Notes under the pieces: generated by a model | What the model saw: the letters and a program-made list of their open reading frames with translations, nothing else | What the model was told of the DNA's origin: nothing | Database searches by the model: none | Position numbers and translations under genes: made by a program | Shown: in pieces, positions 27,226-39,407 of the stretch | How positions within the stretch are numbered: position 1 is the stretch's first letter | How the letters are laid out: the number at the start of each line of letters is the position of its first letter | Assembly: GCA_011372875.1 (NCBI GenBank) | Contig: DSAD01000259.1 | Span: 1-49,103, forward strand | Source of the DNA: Deltaproteobacteria bacterium | GTDB lineage: Bacteria > Desulfobacterota > Desulfomonilia > UBA1062 | Reading direction: 5' to 3' | Length of the DNA: 49,103 nt

Positions 27226-28113
27226 CTAGTCAGTCATGATCCTGGATACACATGTTACCTTTGCGTGGAGGTTTATCCGGAAGGCATTGACTTCCTGGGC
27301 TATAACATGTGGATCATAGGTCCTTGAGAACAGTTTATCGGTAGCGAGGTCAATGTCTCCGCCTGAGTCTTTCAATGCACCGGTGATCATATCTTTCCAG
27401 GCGAGGGCAGCAGGAATGGCTCCGTTTATAAAGGTGCCTGAATCTTCACCCGTAAGGCTGGAGCCGTGCGGCATGAGGATGATTCTTGGTTTGATGTCCA
27501 TGATCTTTTTAGCTGAATCGTAATATGCCTGAAAGTCTGCAAGGAATTCCGGTATGATCTCTGCGTTTAATTGAATTACGCCGAGCGCCTCCCCGGGGAT
27601 GAGGGCATCCATGGGTTCAAGGAAAAAAGATATGGAATCGCGAGTGTGTCCTGGCGTTTCAATAACCGTTGCTCGGATGCCGCTGCCGAGTTCAAGAACA
27701 TCGCCATCCTTCAGCAAGACTGTTACCTCGGGGGGGACAAAGGCTGACTCCGGTGACTTGTCCTGAAACATATCCCGTGCAATATCACTCAGCATGGTCA
27801 TGGTCTTTATCGCGGAATCGCTGTGCATGATCTCCCTTGCCCTTGGATGTGCCGCGGTTGTCATGGTCGGGAAGCTCTTTTTCATATAACCGTATGCCCC
27901 TGTATGGTCATAGTGCGAGTGCGTGAAGATCATTTGCTCCAGACAAGGGACATCGAGTATGCTGATCAGGTCTTTCATATAATATGGACCCATGGGGCTC
28001 ACGCCGGCGTCGAACATGACAGGCGAGGATGTGTTGACCAGAAAGGACGGATATGCTGCATTTCCCAGCATATATAGATGATCTGTGATCTTGCCCGGTG
28101 TTGTTATCTTCAT
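27226..28113 (-). CDS. Metallo-beta-lactamase-fold hydrolase
   Basis: 295 aa. THSHYDHTG motif and downstream GHT and MPHG ligands. Confidence 0.85.
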   Translation of the reverse strand: MKITTPGKITDHLYMLGNAAYPSFLVNTSSPVMFDAGVSPMGPYYMKDLISILDVPCLEQMIFTHSHYDHTGAYGYMKKSFPTMTTAAHPRAREIMHSDSAIKTMTMLSDIARDMFQDKSPESAFVPPEVTVLLKDGDVLELGSGIRATVIETPGHTRDSISFFLEPMDALIPGEALGVIQLNAEIIPEFLADFQAYYDSAKKIMDIKPRIILMPHGSSLTGEDSGTFINGAIPAALAWKDMITGALKDSGGDIDLATDKLFSRTYDPHVIAQEVNAFRINLHAKVTCVSRIMTD

Positions 28114-28245
28114 TGAGAGATCACGTATATCAGATAAAAAAGGTGCTTGTGAAGTGCTTAAATATCAGGAAATGACGGTTATTGACATGATAGGATATAT
28201 GTGATCTACATGTAGTTTACCGAGAAATTGGGAGGGGAAAAGTAT

Positions 28246-28470
28246 ATGGAAGAAGGGGATTTACAGCTTATTCGGAAACTTATTCCAAAGGACAAGGAGC
28301 TGAAGAGGCTTTGGGATGAACACCTTGATTTTGAAGAAAAGCTCGATCAGTTGAATAAACGCAGATACCTCAGTACTGAAGAAGATATGAGGCGAAAGGA
28401 GATTCAGAAACTCAAGCTTTCCGGTAAAGACATGATAGAAGAGATCCTTCGAAAATACAGGGGGGTCTAG
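28246..28470 (+). CDS. DUF465 (YdcH-like) small coiled-coil protein
   Basis: 74 aa from ATG 28246 (GGGAGGGG upstream). The LKRLWDEHLDFEEKLDQLNKRRYLSTEEDMRRKEIQKLKL pattern is typical of DUF465. Confidence 0.7.
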   Translation: MEEGDLQLIRKLIPKDKELKRLWDEHLDFEEKLDQLNKRRYLSTEEDMRRKEIQKLKLSGKDMIEEILRKYRGV

Positions 28471-28500
28471 AACACTGTTTCATATAATATGAGGAATACA

Positions 28501-30198
28501 ATGAAGAAGATTTCAGGCGCAAATGCATTCATTGAAGCATTGCGGTGTGAAGGGGTCAAACATGTCTTTGGATATCCCGGCGGTGCTGTCCTGGACATCT
28601 TTGATGCCATCATGGATGCCGAGGACATAGAGTTTATCCTGTCGCGGCATGAACAAGGCGCAGTACACGCAGCGGATGGATATGCCCGTGCATCTGGCAA
28701 GGTCGGTGTGTGTCTGGTCACCTCAGGGCCTGGTGCGACCAATACCGTTACCGGGATTGCCACTGCATATATGGACTCGATACCCATGGTGGTTTTCACC
28801 GGACAGGTGCCGACACATCTCATCGGGAACGATGCCTTCCAGGAAGCCGATATTGTCGGCATCACCAGACCATGCACGAAACACAATTATCTGGTTAAGA
28901 ATATCTCCGACCTTGCGCGGGTGGTAAAGGAGGCCTTTTATATTGCCCGTACCGGAAGATCAGGCCCGGTTCTTGTCGATCTGCCTAAAGATGTAATGAA
29001 GGATACGATCTTCTTCAAGTATCCGGACAATGTGGTAATGGACAGTTATTGCCCCACGTACAAGGGCCATCCGGGCCAGATCAAACGAATCGTGAACCTG
29101 ATCCTCAAGAGCAGAAAACCGGTTATCTATGCAGGTGGCGGAGTTGTGCATGCCAATGCATCCAAAGTGCTTGTTGATTTCGCGCGCAGCATGAATCTGC
29201 CGGTTACCACCACCTTGATGGGCCTCGGTGCATTTCCTTCGGATGATCCTCTTTCACTGGGCATGCTCGGTATGCACGGAACCTATGCAGCCAACATGGC
29301 TGTGACACACACAGATTGTCTCGTGGCGATCGGTTCCAGGTTTGATGACAGGGTGACCGGCAAGATAGATGAGTTCGCTCCCAAGGCCAAGATCATACAT
29401 ATCGATATCGATCCCACATCCATTTCCAAGAACGTGAAGGTTGATCTTCCGGTAGTGGGAGACTCCAGGATGGTTCTTCAGGGCATGCTTTCCCAGGTAA
29501 AGGATGCCGGCGATGAGGTCAAGGTTCTCCTCAAAGGCATCAAGCCATGGCTGAAACGTATTGATGCCTGGAAGAAGGAACAGCCTCTTAGATATTCTAA
29601 GGGAAAGGCCATAAAACCTCAATATGTAGTTGAGATGATAGACCGGCTTACCCCGGATGACACTATAATCTCCACCGAGGTGGGGCAGAATCAGATGTGG
29701 ACGGCACAGTTCTACAAATTCAATGAGCCGAGGCTCTTTCTGACCTCCGGCGGGCTGGGGACCATGGGTTACGGTTTCCCTGCAGCCATAGGCGCTCAGG
29801 TAGCCTTTCCCGGCCGGACGGTAATCGATATCGCCGGCGACGGATCGATTCAGATGAACATCCAGGAACTTGCAACAGTGGTCCAGTACAGGCTGCCGGT
29901 CAAGGTCATGATCCTCAACAACGGGTATCTCGGCATGGTGCGACAGTGGCAGGCCCTTTTCTATAACAAGAGATATTCTCATACCTCGCTTGAGATATCC
30001 CCCGATTATATCAAGCTTGCCGAGGCATATGGCGCAGAAGGGATCAGGGTAACAGAACCCTCTGAAGTGGAAGGTGCCATAAAACAGGCCCTTGCCATCG
30101 AGGGACCGGTTTTTGTGGACTTTATTGTTGAGTCCGAGGAAGATGTATATCCTATGGTGCCTGCAGGGGCACCGATCAATAATATGCTGCTTGTGTGA
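28501..30198 (+). CDS. ilvB: Acetolactate synthase, large (catalytic) subunit
   Basis: 565 aa from ATG 28501 (AGGA 5 nt upstream; the track start 28489 has no RBS). ThDP motif [14 protein letters not shown] ... NNGYLGMV. Confidence 0.95.
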   Translation: MKKISGANAFIEALRCEGVKHVFGYPGGAVLDIFDAIMDAEDIEFILSRHEQGAVHAADGYARASGKVGVCLVTSGPGATNTVTGIATAYMDSIPMVVFTGQVPTHLIGNDAFQEADIVGITRPCTKHNYLVKNISDLARVVKEAFYIARTGRSGPVLVDLPKDVMKDTIFFKYPDNVVMDSYCPTYKGHPGQIKRIVNLILKSRKPVIYAGGGVVHANASKVLVDFARSMNLPVTTTLMGLGAFPSDDPLSLGMLGMHGTYAANMAVTHTDCLVAIGSRFDDRVTGKIDEFAPKAKIIHIDIDPTSISKNVKVDLPVVGDSRMVLQGMLSQVKDAGDEVKVLLKGIKPWLKRIDAWKKEQPLRYSKGKAIKPQYVVEMIDRLTPDDTIISTEVGQNQMWTAQFYKFNEPRLFLTSGGLGTMGYGFPAAIGAQVAFPGRTVIDIAGDGSIQMNIQELATVVQYRLPVKVMILNNGYLGMVRQWQALFYNKRYSHTSLEISPDYIKLAEAYGAEGIRVTEPSEVEGAIKQALAIEGPVFVDFIVESEEDVYPMVPAGAPINNMLLV

Positions 30199-30207
30199 GG
30201 GGTTCTG

Positions 30208-31720
<1,513 letters not shown>

Positions 31721-31721
<1 letters not shown>

Positions 31722-32332
31722 TGAAGATCAGAAAAGAGGGCTTTCCCTTTATCGTTGCAACCGGGGTGCTGGCACTTTTTCTGTCAAGGACCAGGCTGTT
31801 TTTTCTTGGACTTGTCCCGGCAGCCTTTGTTGCATGGTTTTTCCGTGACCCTCAAAGGGATGTACCTGAAGGTGATGATATGATCCTTTCCCCTGCAGAC
31901 GGAACGATACAGGATATCGTCGAATGCACAGAAGACAGGATAGGCCAGTGCACGAAGATCTCGATATTCATGTCCGTGTTCAACGTTCATGTGAACCGTG
32001 CCATGGTAAGCGGTACGATGATTGAGAAACGCTACCGACCGGGGAAATTTCACATGGCGAATATGGGAAAGAAAACCGAAGATAATGAACGCATGATCCA
32101 CTATATAAAGAACGACAGGGGTATCTTCAGGGTGGATCAGGTGGCCGGTCTCATTGCGAGGAGGATTTCCTGCTGGCCGGATACAGGGGATACGCTTCTG
32201 GCCGGGCAGAAGATAGGCCTGATACGGTTCGGCTCTCTCCTGGAGTGTTATCTGCCCAAAGGGGTCAATGTCCTCGTGCGGGTGGGAGACAAGCCGGTGG
32301 CCGGCGAGACGATTCTTGGAAGGATGGTATGA
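31721..32332 (+). CDS. psd: Phosphatidylserine decarboxylase proenzyme (short, archaetidylserine-decarboxylase-like type)
   Basis: 203 aa. SPADG, NVHVNR and the self-cleavage site RFGS. Its GTG start overlaps the ilvC TAG by 1 nt. Confidence 0.9.
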
Positions 32333-33117
32333 TGAAAAGACAAGAGAACAAGAAAGAAAGACCCAGGAGATCAGTGCCGTTTCTGCCGAACTTTATTACC
32401 ACCATGAGCCTGTTCTGCGGTTTCTATTCCATCTTGTTTTCCCTCAGAGAGAATTACTACTGGGCAGCCATTCTCATTCTTATCGCAGGGTTCATCGATG
32501 GTATAGACGGAAGGGTGGCCCGTGCCACCAATTCCACATCCGAGTTCGGGAAGGAATATGACTCGCTTTCCGATGTGATAGCATTCGGTGTATCCCCTGC
32601 CATCATGGCGTATCTCTGGCAACTCAATCAGTACGGACGTTTCGGTTTCATTGCAAGCTTTCTCTTTGTTGCGTGCGGTGCGTTAAGACTCGCCCGTTTC
32701 AACAGCGATACAACGAATCTGTCCTCGTTTACCGGGTTGCCGATTCCCATTGCCGCTGCTGCGGTCTCGAGCGTTGTACTCCTGTCTGCCAAAGTTGTCG
32801 GTCCTGTACCTGCTCTGGCAGTACTGGGAGGGATGTATGTGCTTTCTTTTATGATGGTAAGTACCATCCGGTTCCCGAGCTTCAAACATATCGCCTATAT
32901 AAAGGCGCATCCCTTTCAACTTCTGGTTGCAGGGCTGCTGCTTCTTGTGGTAGTTGCACTGGCGCCGGAGCTTATGATCTTCCTGCTTACCATGGGCTTT
33001 ATTGCCGGCGGGATAATCTCGAATGGAGTTATATATATAAGAGGTTTTATAAAGGACAAGAGGCAGGAAAAAGGTGCGGAACATGAAGGCGTCACAAGAA
33101 AGGATAATACTGTTTGA
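32329..33117 (+). CDS. pssA: CDP-diacylglycerol--serine O-phosphatidyltransferase
   Basis: 262 aa. CDP-alcohol motif DGIDGRVARATNSTSEFGKEYDSLSD. Its ATG overlaps the psd stop (ATGATGA). The track start 32245 is rejected. Confidence 0.9.
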   Translation: MMKRQENKKERPRRSVPFLPNFITTMSLFCGFYSILFSLRENYYWAAILILIAGFIDGIDGRVARATNSTSEFGKEYDSLSDVIAFGVSPAIMAYLWQLNQYGRFGFIASFLFVACGALRLARFNSDTTNLSSFTGLPIPIAAAAVSSVVLLSAKVVGPVPALAVLGGMYVLSFMMVSTIRFPSFKHIAYIKAHPFQLLVAGLLLLVVVALAPELMIFLLTMGFIAGGIISNGVIYIRGFIKDKRQEKGAEHEGVTRKDNTV

Positions 33118-34630
33118 TACTACTCTGCGCGACGGCGAACAGTCTCCGGGCGCAAGTATGGATGTTCACGAAAAGGTTCTGGTAGCTAAGCAGCTGGAGA
33201 TTCTAGGGGTCGACAAGATAGAGGCCGGCTTTCCCGTATCATCTCCCGGTGATTTCGATGCTGTCAATGCTGTTGCCCAAGAGATTCAGAAGGCTGTTGT
33301 AGTCGGATTGTGCAGAACTCGTCAAGACGATATAAAGACAGCATGGGACGCTGTCAAGGATGCGGCAAGGCCGGGTCTTCATACCTTCATCGCGACCTCG
33401 GATATACACCTCAAACATAAACTGCGCATGTCAAAGGAAGAGGTCTTGAAATCCGTTGTCGAATCAGTGGGTATATGCCATGAGCTTTCCCCGAGTGTTG
33501 AATTTTCTGCTGAGGATGCAACCAGGTCCAGCTGGGATTTTCTGGTGGATGTCTTTAGCGCAGCGATTCAGGCCGGGGCAGACACCATAAACGTACCCGA
33601 TACCGTGGGATATACAAATCCGCAGGAATTTTTCAACCTGGTGAGCTATCTCAAGAAAAAGGTCAAAGGCATTGATGATGTTACGGTGAGTGTACATTGT
33701 CATAATGACCTCGGGCTTGCAACCTCCAACTCCATTTCTGCATGCCTGGCAGGGGCCAGGCAGATCGAATGCACCATCAACGGTATAGGAGAGAGGGCAG
33801 GCAATACCTCTTTAGAAGAGGTGGTGATGATATTCAATGTAAGGAAAGATCTTTACAATCTCTATACCGGGATCGATACGACCCAGATCTTTCCAACCAG
33901 CCGCCTGGTTTCTCATATTACCGGGATTCCGGTGCAGCCGAACAAGGCGATAGTAGGTGCGAACGCGTTTGCCCATGAGGCGGGCATTCATCAGGACGGT
34001 TACCTTAAAGAGAGGTCCACCTATGAGATCATGACCCCTGAGGCCGTCGGCATAGGAAAGTCTCATCTTGTGCTGGGAAAGCACTCGGGAAAACATGCCC
34101 TTAACGAACGTCTCGAGTCTCTCGGGTATCACCTGAACGAGAATGAGCTTGTGCGGGTCTTTAACCGGTTCAAGGAGATCTCTGACAGGAAGAAAGAGAT
34201 CTTTGATGCCGATATCGAGGCTATTGTAATTGAAGAGATATACCGGGTACCGGATAAATACGAACTCAAGCATATCAATGTCAATTCAGGTACCGTGGTG
34301 GTTCCTACGGCTACCGTGCAGATTGTGGTGGATGGCGAAACCATTCAGGAGGCCGGGTTTGGCAACGGTCCGGTGGATGCACTTTATAAAACCATTATCA
34401 AGATGACAGGTTTCACAGCCGAACTCAAACGCTTCTCCGTCAGTTCAATCACAGGCGGGACCGACGCCCAGGGAGAGGTGACAGTGGAATTGATGGATCA
34501 GGACATGGTTTCTGTGGGCCAGGGCTCTGATCCGGATATCCTTGTTGCATCGGCAAGGGCGCTGGTGAATGCCATGAACAGGATGGAATTCATGAAGGCC
34601 AAGAAAACCATAGACCCCCCGAAACTCTAA
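33083..34630 (+). CDS. leuA: 2-isopropylmalate synthase
   Basis: 515 aa. ILFDTTLRDGEQSPG, HCHNDLGLA and a C-terminal LeuA regulatory domain. It overlaps the pssA tail by 35 nt. A citramalate-synthase function cannot be excluded from sequence alone. Confidence 0.9.
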   Translation: MKASQERIILFDTTLRDGEQSPGASMDVHEKVLVAKQLEILGVDKIEAGFPVSSPGDFDAVNAVAQEIQKAVVVGLCRTRQDDIKTAWDAVKDAARPGLHTFIATSDIHLKHKLRMSKEEVLKSVVESVGICHELSPSVEFSAEDATRSSWDFLVDVFSAAIQAGADTINVPDTVGYTNPQEFFNLVSYLKKKVKGIDDVTVSVHCHNDLGLATSNSISACLAGARQIECTINGIGERAGNTSLEEVVMIFNVRKDLYNLYTGIDTTQIFPTSRLVSHITGIPVQPNKAIVGANAFAHEAGIHQDGYLKERSTYEIMTPEAVGIGKSHLVLGKHSGKHALNERLESLGYHLNENELVRVFNRFKEISDRKKEIFDADIEAIVIEEIYRVPDKYELKHINVNSGTVVVPTATVQIVVDGETIQEAGFGNGPVDALYKTIIKMTGFTAELKRFSVSSITGGTDAQGEVTVELMDQDMVSVGQGSDPDILVASARALVNAMNRMEFMKAKKTIDPPKL

Positions 34631-34646
34631 CAGGAGGAAAAGCACT

Positions 34647-35909
34647 TTGGGCATGACGATTGCTGAAAAGATACTCCAGGCTCATACCGATACGCCGGAG
34701 TTCAAACAAGGAGACATTATCAGGGTCAATGTCGATGTGGCCCTTGCAAACGATATTACCGCACCCATTGCCATACATGAATTCAACAAGAGCGCTCTGG
34801 ACAGAATAGCAGACAGGAGCAAGGTGGTCTTTGTGCTCGATCACTTCACACCCAACAAGGATATTGCCTCGGCAAATCAATGCAAGATGGTGCGCGATTT
34901 TGCACATGAACATGATATAGTCAATTTATTCGACGGCGGAGAAGTCGGCGTGGAGCACGCCCTGCTGCCTGAAAAGGGGCTGGTGCTGCCGGGAGATTTT
35001 ATTATCGGTGCGGACAGTCACACATGTACATACGGTGCCATGGGCGCCTTTGCAACTGGCGTGGGAAGCACCGACCTTGCAGCTGCCATAATCACCGGGC
35101 AGGCGTGGATAAAGGTGCCTTCAACCATGAAATTCACCTTTGTCGGCGAACTTCAGCCCTGGGTAGGAGGAAAGGATCTCATCCTGTACCTGATCGGTGA
35201 TATCGGTGTGGACGGAGGTCTGTATCATGTTCTCGAGATTGACGGCCCTGCTGTTTCCTCTCTTGACCTGAGCAACCGTCTGACCATGTCGAATATGGCA
35301 ATAGAGGCAGGGGCAAAGGCCGGGATCATTCGAGCGGATGATAAGACCGATGCCTATGTCAGATTACGTGCGAAAAGGCCATATACCCTGTATGAAAGTG
35401 ATCCCGATGCGCAGTATGTGTCATTTAAAGAGTATGATTGTGCCAATATCGAACCTCAGGTGGCATTTCCCCACCTTCCAGAGAATACCAGGGGGATCAG
35501 TGAGGTAGGAGAGGTCCGGATCGATCAGGTTGTGATCGGGTCCTGCACAAACGGCAGGATCGAGGACCTGAGGATTGCAGCGGAGATTATGAAGGGGAAC
35601 AGGGTGGCAAGGGGAATGCGATGTATTGTGCTGCCGGCTACACCCGAGATCTTTATCGCTGCCGAGAATGAAGGGCTGATCAAGGTATTCCTGGAATCCG
35701 GTGCTATTGTGGGTCCTCCTACCTGCGGTCCGTGCCTTGGAGGGCATATGGGTATCCTTGCCCGGGGAGAGAAGGCCCTTGCAACGACCAACCGGAATTT
35801 TGTCGGCCGTATGGGGGATACACAGAGCGAGGTTTATCTTTGCGGTCCGGCAATAGCAGCCGCGTCTGCTCTTACAGGCAGGATCTCTTCCCCGCAGGAG
35901 GTTATGTAA
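34647..35909 (+). CDS. leuC: 3-isopropylmalate dehydratase large subunit (archaeal-type, 420 aa)
   Basis: Aconitase-family Fe-S Cys motifs (GSCTNGR, CGPCLG). TTG start 9 nt after GGAGG. Confidence 0.92.
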   Translation: MGMTIAEKILQAHTDTPEFKQGDIIRVNVDVALANDITAPIAIHEFNKSALDRIADRSKVVFVLDHFTPNKDIASANQCKMVRDFAHEHDIVNLFDGGEVGVEHALLPEKGLVLPGDFIIGADSHTCTYGAMGAFATGVGSTDLAAAIITGQAWIKVPSTMKFTFVGELQPWVGGKDLILYLIGDIGVDGGLYHVLEIDGPAVSSLDLSNRLTMSNMAIEAGAKAGIIRADDKTDAYVRLRAKRPYTLYESDPDAQYVSFKEYDCANIEPQVAFPHLPENTRGISEVGEVRIDQVVIGSCTNGRIEDLRIAAEIMKGNRVARGMRCIVLPATPEIFIAAENEGLIKVFLESGAIVGPPTCGPCLGGHMGILARGEKALATTNRNFVGRMGDTQSEVYLCGPAIAAASALTGRISSPQEVM

Positions 35910-36403
35910 TGATCTTTAAAGGAAATGTATTTCTGTTCGGTGATGATATAGATACCGATGCCATTATCCCTGCACGTTACCTGAACACCTCGGACCCTGA
36001 TGAACTGAAGATGCACGCTATGGAAGACGCAGACCCGGAGTTTCCGTCAAAGGTGCAAAAGGGTGATGTGATCGTTGCCGGTAAGAATTTCGGATGCGGT
36101 TCTTCCAGAGAGCATGCCCCGATTGCCATCAAGGCATCAGGCGTGAGTTGCGTGATTGCCTCGAGCTTTGCAAGGATCTTTTTCCGTAACAGTTTCAACA
36201 TGGGGCTGCCCATATTTGAATCGGATGAGGCATCAAAAGAGATACGAGAAGGCGACGAGATAGAGGTGGATGCTTCAAGCGGGGAGATCAGAGACATTAC
36301 TACCGGCAAGAGCTATGTTGCCAGGCCCATCCCCCCTTTCATGCAGGACCTGATTGCAGATGGAGGCCTTATAGAACATATCAGAAAGACCGGAAAGATA
36401 TAG
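35909..36403 (+). CDS. leuD: 3-isopropylmalate dehydratase small subunit
   Basis: 164 aa. [15 protein letters not shown] and [19 protein letters not shown] overlap with leuC and GGAGG 8 nt upstream. Confidence 0.93.
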   Translation: MIFKGNVFLFGDDIDTDAIIPARYLNTSDPDELKMHAMEDADPEFPSKVQKGDVIVAGKNFGCGSSREHAPIAIKASGVSCVIASSFARIFFRNSFNMGLPIFESDEASKEIREGDEIEVDASSGEIRDITTGKSYVARPIPPFMQDLIADGGLIEHIRKTGKI

Positions 36404-36406
36404 AAG

Positions 36407-37414
36407 ATGACATCCGGTTACACTGTTGCTATTGCAGGTGCTGCCTGTACTGCCGGTACCGAACTGGTAAAGATTCTTGAAGAAAGGGCTTTCCCTGTAG
36501 ACAAGCTGATACCCTTGGACATAAGAAAGTTTCTTGGCCACGATGTCGAGTTCAACGATGAGCATATACCGGTGCGGGTGATCGAGGAATCCTCTTTCAA
36601 GGGGGTGGACATCGCCTTTTTCGTTTCAGGCGATGATATAAGCAGGGAATTTGCATCGGCAGCGGTCAGTTACGGCAGCGTAGTCATTGACAGCTCATCT
36701 GTATTCCGGATGGATGAGAATGTCCCTCTGATAATACCTGAGATCAATCCGAACAAGATCTTCCAGCACAAGGGGATCATTGCAAATCCCGGGTGTCTGA
36801 CTATTCAGATGGTTCTACCGCTCTTTGCTGTTCATCTCAAGGCACGGATCAAGCGTATCATCATCTCGACATACCAGGCTGTATCCGACCGCGGACAAAA
36901 GGCAATGGACGAACTTACTGATCAGATACGCAATCTTTACAGCTTCCATGAAGTCATACCCGAAGTATATCCTCATCAGATTGCATTCAATGCACTGCCT
37001 CATGTAGACAAGTTCTGCGACAACGGTTATACGGACCAGGAAATGAGCCTGATCAACGAGACAAAGAAGATCTTCGAAGATGATACCGTGCTTATCAGTG
37101 CCACTTCTGTACAGATCCCGGTCTTTTATTCCCACTCCCAGTCGGTTAATATCGAAACTGCACGGAGGATCACGCCTGATGAGGTGCGTGGATTGCTCAG
37201 GGAGACCCCCGGAGTCGTGGTGGAAGATGACCCTTTGCAGAATGTGTACCCCTTACCGATATATGCAACAGGAAGGGATGAATGTTTCGTGGGGAGAATA
37301 CGCCGGGATCTGTCCGTCAACAACGGTATAGCCATGTGGATCGTTTCCGATAATATCAGAAAGGGCACTGCTCTCAATGCAGTACAGATAGCGGAACGAC
37401 TGATATCTCACTGA
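36407..37414 (+). CDS. asd: Aspartate-semialdehyde dehydrogenase
   Basis: 335 aa. Active-site NPGCLTIQM, STYQAVS and DNIRKGTALNAVQIAE. Starts 3 nt after the leuD stop. Confidence 0.92.
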   Translation: MTSGYTVAIAGAACTAGTELVKILEERAFPVDKLIPLDIRKFLGHDVEFNDEHIPVRVIEESSFKGVDIAFFVSGDDISREFASAAVSYGSVVIDSSSVFRMDENVPLIIPEINPNKIFQHKGIIANPGCLTIQMVLPLFAVHLKARIKRIIISTYQAVSDRGQKAMDELTDQIRNLYSFHEVIPEVYPHQIAFNALPHVDKFCDNGYTDQEMSLINETKKIFEDDTVLISATSVQIPVFYSHSQSVNIETARRITPDEVRGLLRETPGVVVEDDPLQNVYPLPIYATGRDECFVGRIRRDLSVNNGIAMWIVSDNIRKGTALNAVQIAERLISH

Positions 37415-37443
37415 AATCGTATGAATACGGCGAGAATGGAGCG

Positions 37444-38220
37444 ATGAAAGTTACTCTCGGTCAGTATTTGCCGTTATCCTCGGTGGTACACGCAGCTGAT
37501 CCGCGGGTGAAGATATTTCTTATGGCCCTGGGCATAGGCACGGCCTTTCAGGTCGATACCTTTTACGGACTGGGAATCTTTTCTTTGTCCTGTATGCTGC
37601 TGACTGCCTTTTCAAAGGTTCCTCCAAGGAAACTTTTTGCAGGGCTGACTCCTTTTCTCTGGCTGTTTCTATTCACCGCGCTGCTCCATGTGTTCATGAC
37701 GCCCGGAGATCCCATCTCAGAGGTGCCCTATGCAACCCGGCAGGGACTCGAGAGCGGAATCCGCGTGGGTTTTCAGCTGATATTCGCCATCTGGCTGTCC
37801 ACACTCATGACGCTGACAACCTCTCCTTTGGACATGGTATGGGCACTGGAATGGTTTATGACGCCTTTGAAATATCTCAAGGTTCCCATCGATGAGATCG
37901 CACTGCTCGTGATGCTTGCAATACGTTTTATACCGCTGCTTTTCGAAGAGACCGACCGCATTATAAAGGCACAGAAATCACGTGGCGTGGACATTGAATC
38001 AGGGGGGATGATCAGGAAGGTCAAGGCCCTTATCCCCATACTTGTGCCGCTTCTGTACGGTGTATTCAGAAGGGCTGACGATCTTGCCATAGCCCTGACA
38101 CTAAGGGGATATTCCCCGGGAATCAAAAGGACAAGGATGAAACAGATCAGAGCGGCATCTTCCGACTATATTGCACTTGTCGGGATAAGTGTCCTTATGG
38201 TGTGTCTCATCAGTTTGTAA
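37444..38220 (+). CDS. ecfT: ECF-transporter transmembrane (T) component, EcfT/CbiQ family
   Basis: 258 aa. VHAADPRVKI start motif and the two coupling-helix motifs LAIRFIP and ALTLRGY. Confidence 0.85.
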   Translation: MKVTLGQYLPLSSVVHAADPRVKIFLMALGIGTAFQVDTFYGLGIFSLSCMLLTAFSKVPPRKLFAGLTPFLWLFLFTALLHVFMTPGDPISEVPYATRQGLESGIRVGFQLIFAIWLSTLMTLTTSPLDMVWALEWFMTPLKYLKVPIDEIALLVMLAIRFIPLLFEETDRIIKAQKSRGVDIESGGMIRKVKALIPILVPLLYGVFRRADDLAIALTLRGYSPGIKRTRMKQIRAASSDYIALVGISVLMVCLISL

Positions 38221-38328
38221 GACTGCAATACCGACATTGACATTTACCGGCCTCCATGGTTTGATACCGATAATAATATATTTGTTATGCGCGGTTATGC
38301 CAGGGTGGGGTATGGTAAGGAAGAGATC

Positions 38329-39381
38329 ATGAGAAAAATCATTTATTTGGGAATCGTTATTGTTTTTGTTCTGGCGGTTCTTCTCAGAATGAACAAGATT
38401 ACCTTAATGGCGGAGCAGGATGCTGTCGGCATCGAACAGTATTATAAGACAAACGGTATTCCGGTAGAGGTGGCGCAGATTCAGCGGGGAGAGTTCCTCG
38501 TGTATTGCCGGGTCAATGCTCTGGTCATGGGGCTCAAGCAGACAGAGATATTCACGCCCATCGCAGCAAAGATACTCAAGGTGCATCATCAAGTAGGCGA
38601 TGCGGTCAAAGCGGATGAGGTGATCATCAGTCTGGACAAGGAAGATCCCCGGAGTTCGGCGAGGTACCGCCAGCTTAAGGCAATATATGAGACAACCCTG
38701 AAGAATTATAACAGGATGCTTGAGTTGCAGGGATCAGGTGCTGTATCCGTGAGCCAGTTCGATGAGATAAAGATGAAGCTCGATGTAGACAGGGCAAACC
38801 TTGAGAGCGTGGTGAAGTCGGTCTCCCTTTCCAGCCCTATGGACGGAGTGCTCGTTGATATCAATGCGCGGGAAGGTGAACTCATTTCACCCATGAAGAC
38901 GGTTGCCACTGTTGCAAGGGTAGATCGAGTCAGGCTTATTGCTGATGTGAGCGAATCCGATGTTGTTCGTATCATGCCGATGCAGAAGATCATGGTAAAC
39001 GGCATGAACGGCAAAGGCCAGAGTCTGGGCCGTGTAACCAAGGTTTCTCTGAATGCGAACCCCAAGACCGGGCTTTTTCATATCGAGATGGAGGCGGACA
39101 ACAGCAATGGGCAGTTGCGGATCGGTACATATACCACGGCCAGGATAGAGGTTCTCAATGATCCGGATGCCCTCTATGCGGATCTTCGTGCCCTTCAGAC
39201 AGACCCTGACGGGAATAACTATGTATATGTCGTTGTCAACGATCATGTAACGAAAAGGATGGTAGAGAGATCCGGGTTGAATGATGATTATGTACGCATA
39301 AGCTCCGGTGTTACCAAAGATGACAAAGTCGTGGTGAGCGGTTTTAAACGTCTCGGCGACAATATCAGAGTCGTATATTAA
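38329..39381 (+). CDS. RND efflux periplasmic adaptor (HlyD/MFP family)
   Basis: 350 aa from ATG 38329 (AAGGAAGAG upstream). N-terminal anchor helix, coiled-coil segment and beta-barrel tail. It lies directly upstream of the RND permease. Confidence 0.85.
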   Translation: MRKIIYLGIVIVFVLAVLLRMNKITLMAEQDAVGIEQYYKTNGIPVEVAQIQRGEFLVYCRVNALVMGLKQTEIFTPIAAKILKVHHQVGDAVKADEVIISLDKEDPRSSARYRQLKAIYETTLKNYNRMLELQGSGAVSVSQFDEIKMKLDVDRANLESVVKSVSLSSPMDGVLVDINAREGELISPMKTVATVARVDRVRLIADVSESDVVRIMPMQKIMVNGMNGKGQSLGRVTKVSLNANPKTGLFHIEMEADNSNGQLRIGTYTTARIEVLNDPDALYADLRALQTDPDGNNYVYVVVNDHVTKRMVERSGLNDDYVRISSGVTKDDKVVVSGFKRLGDNIRVVY

Positions 39382-39407
39382 TCTGTTATGCTTGCAATGG
39401 AAACTGC

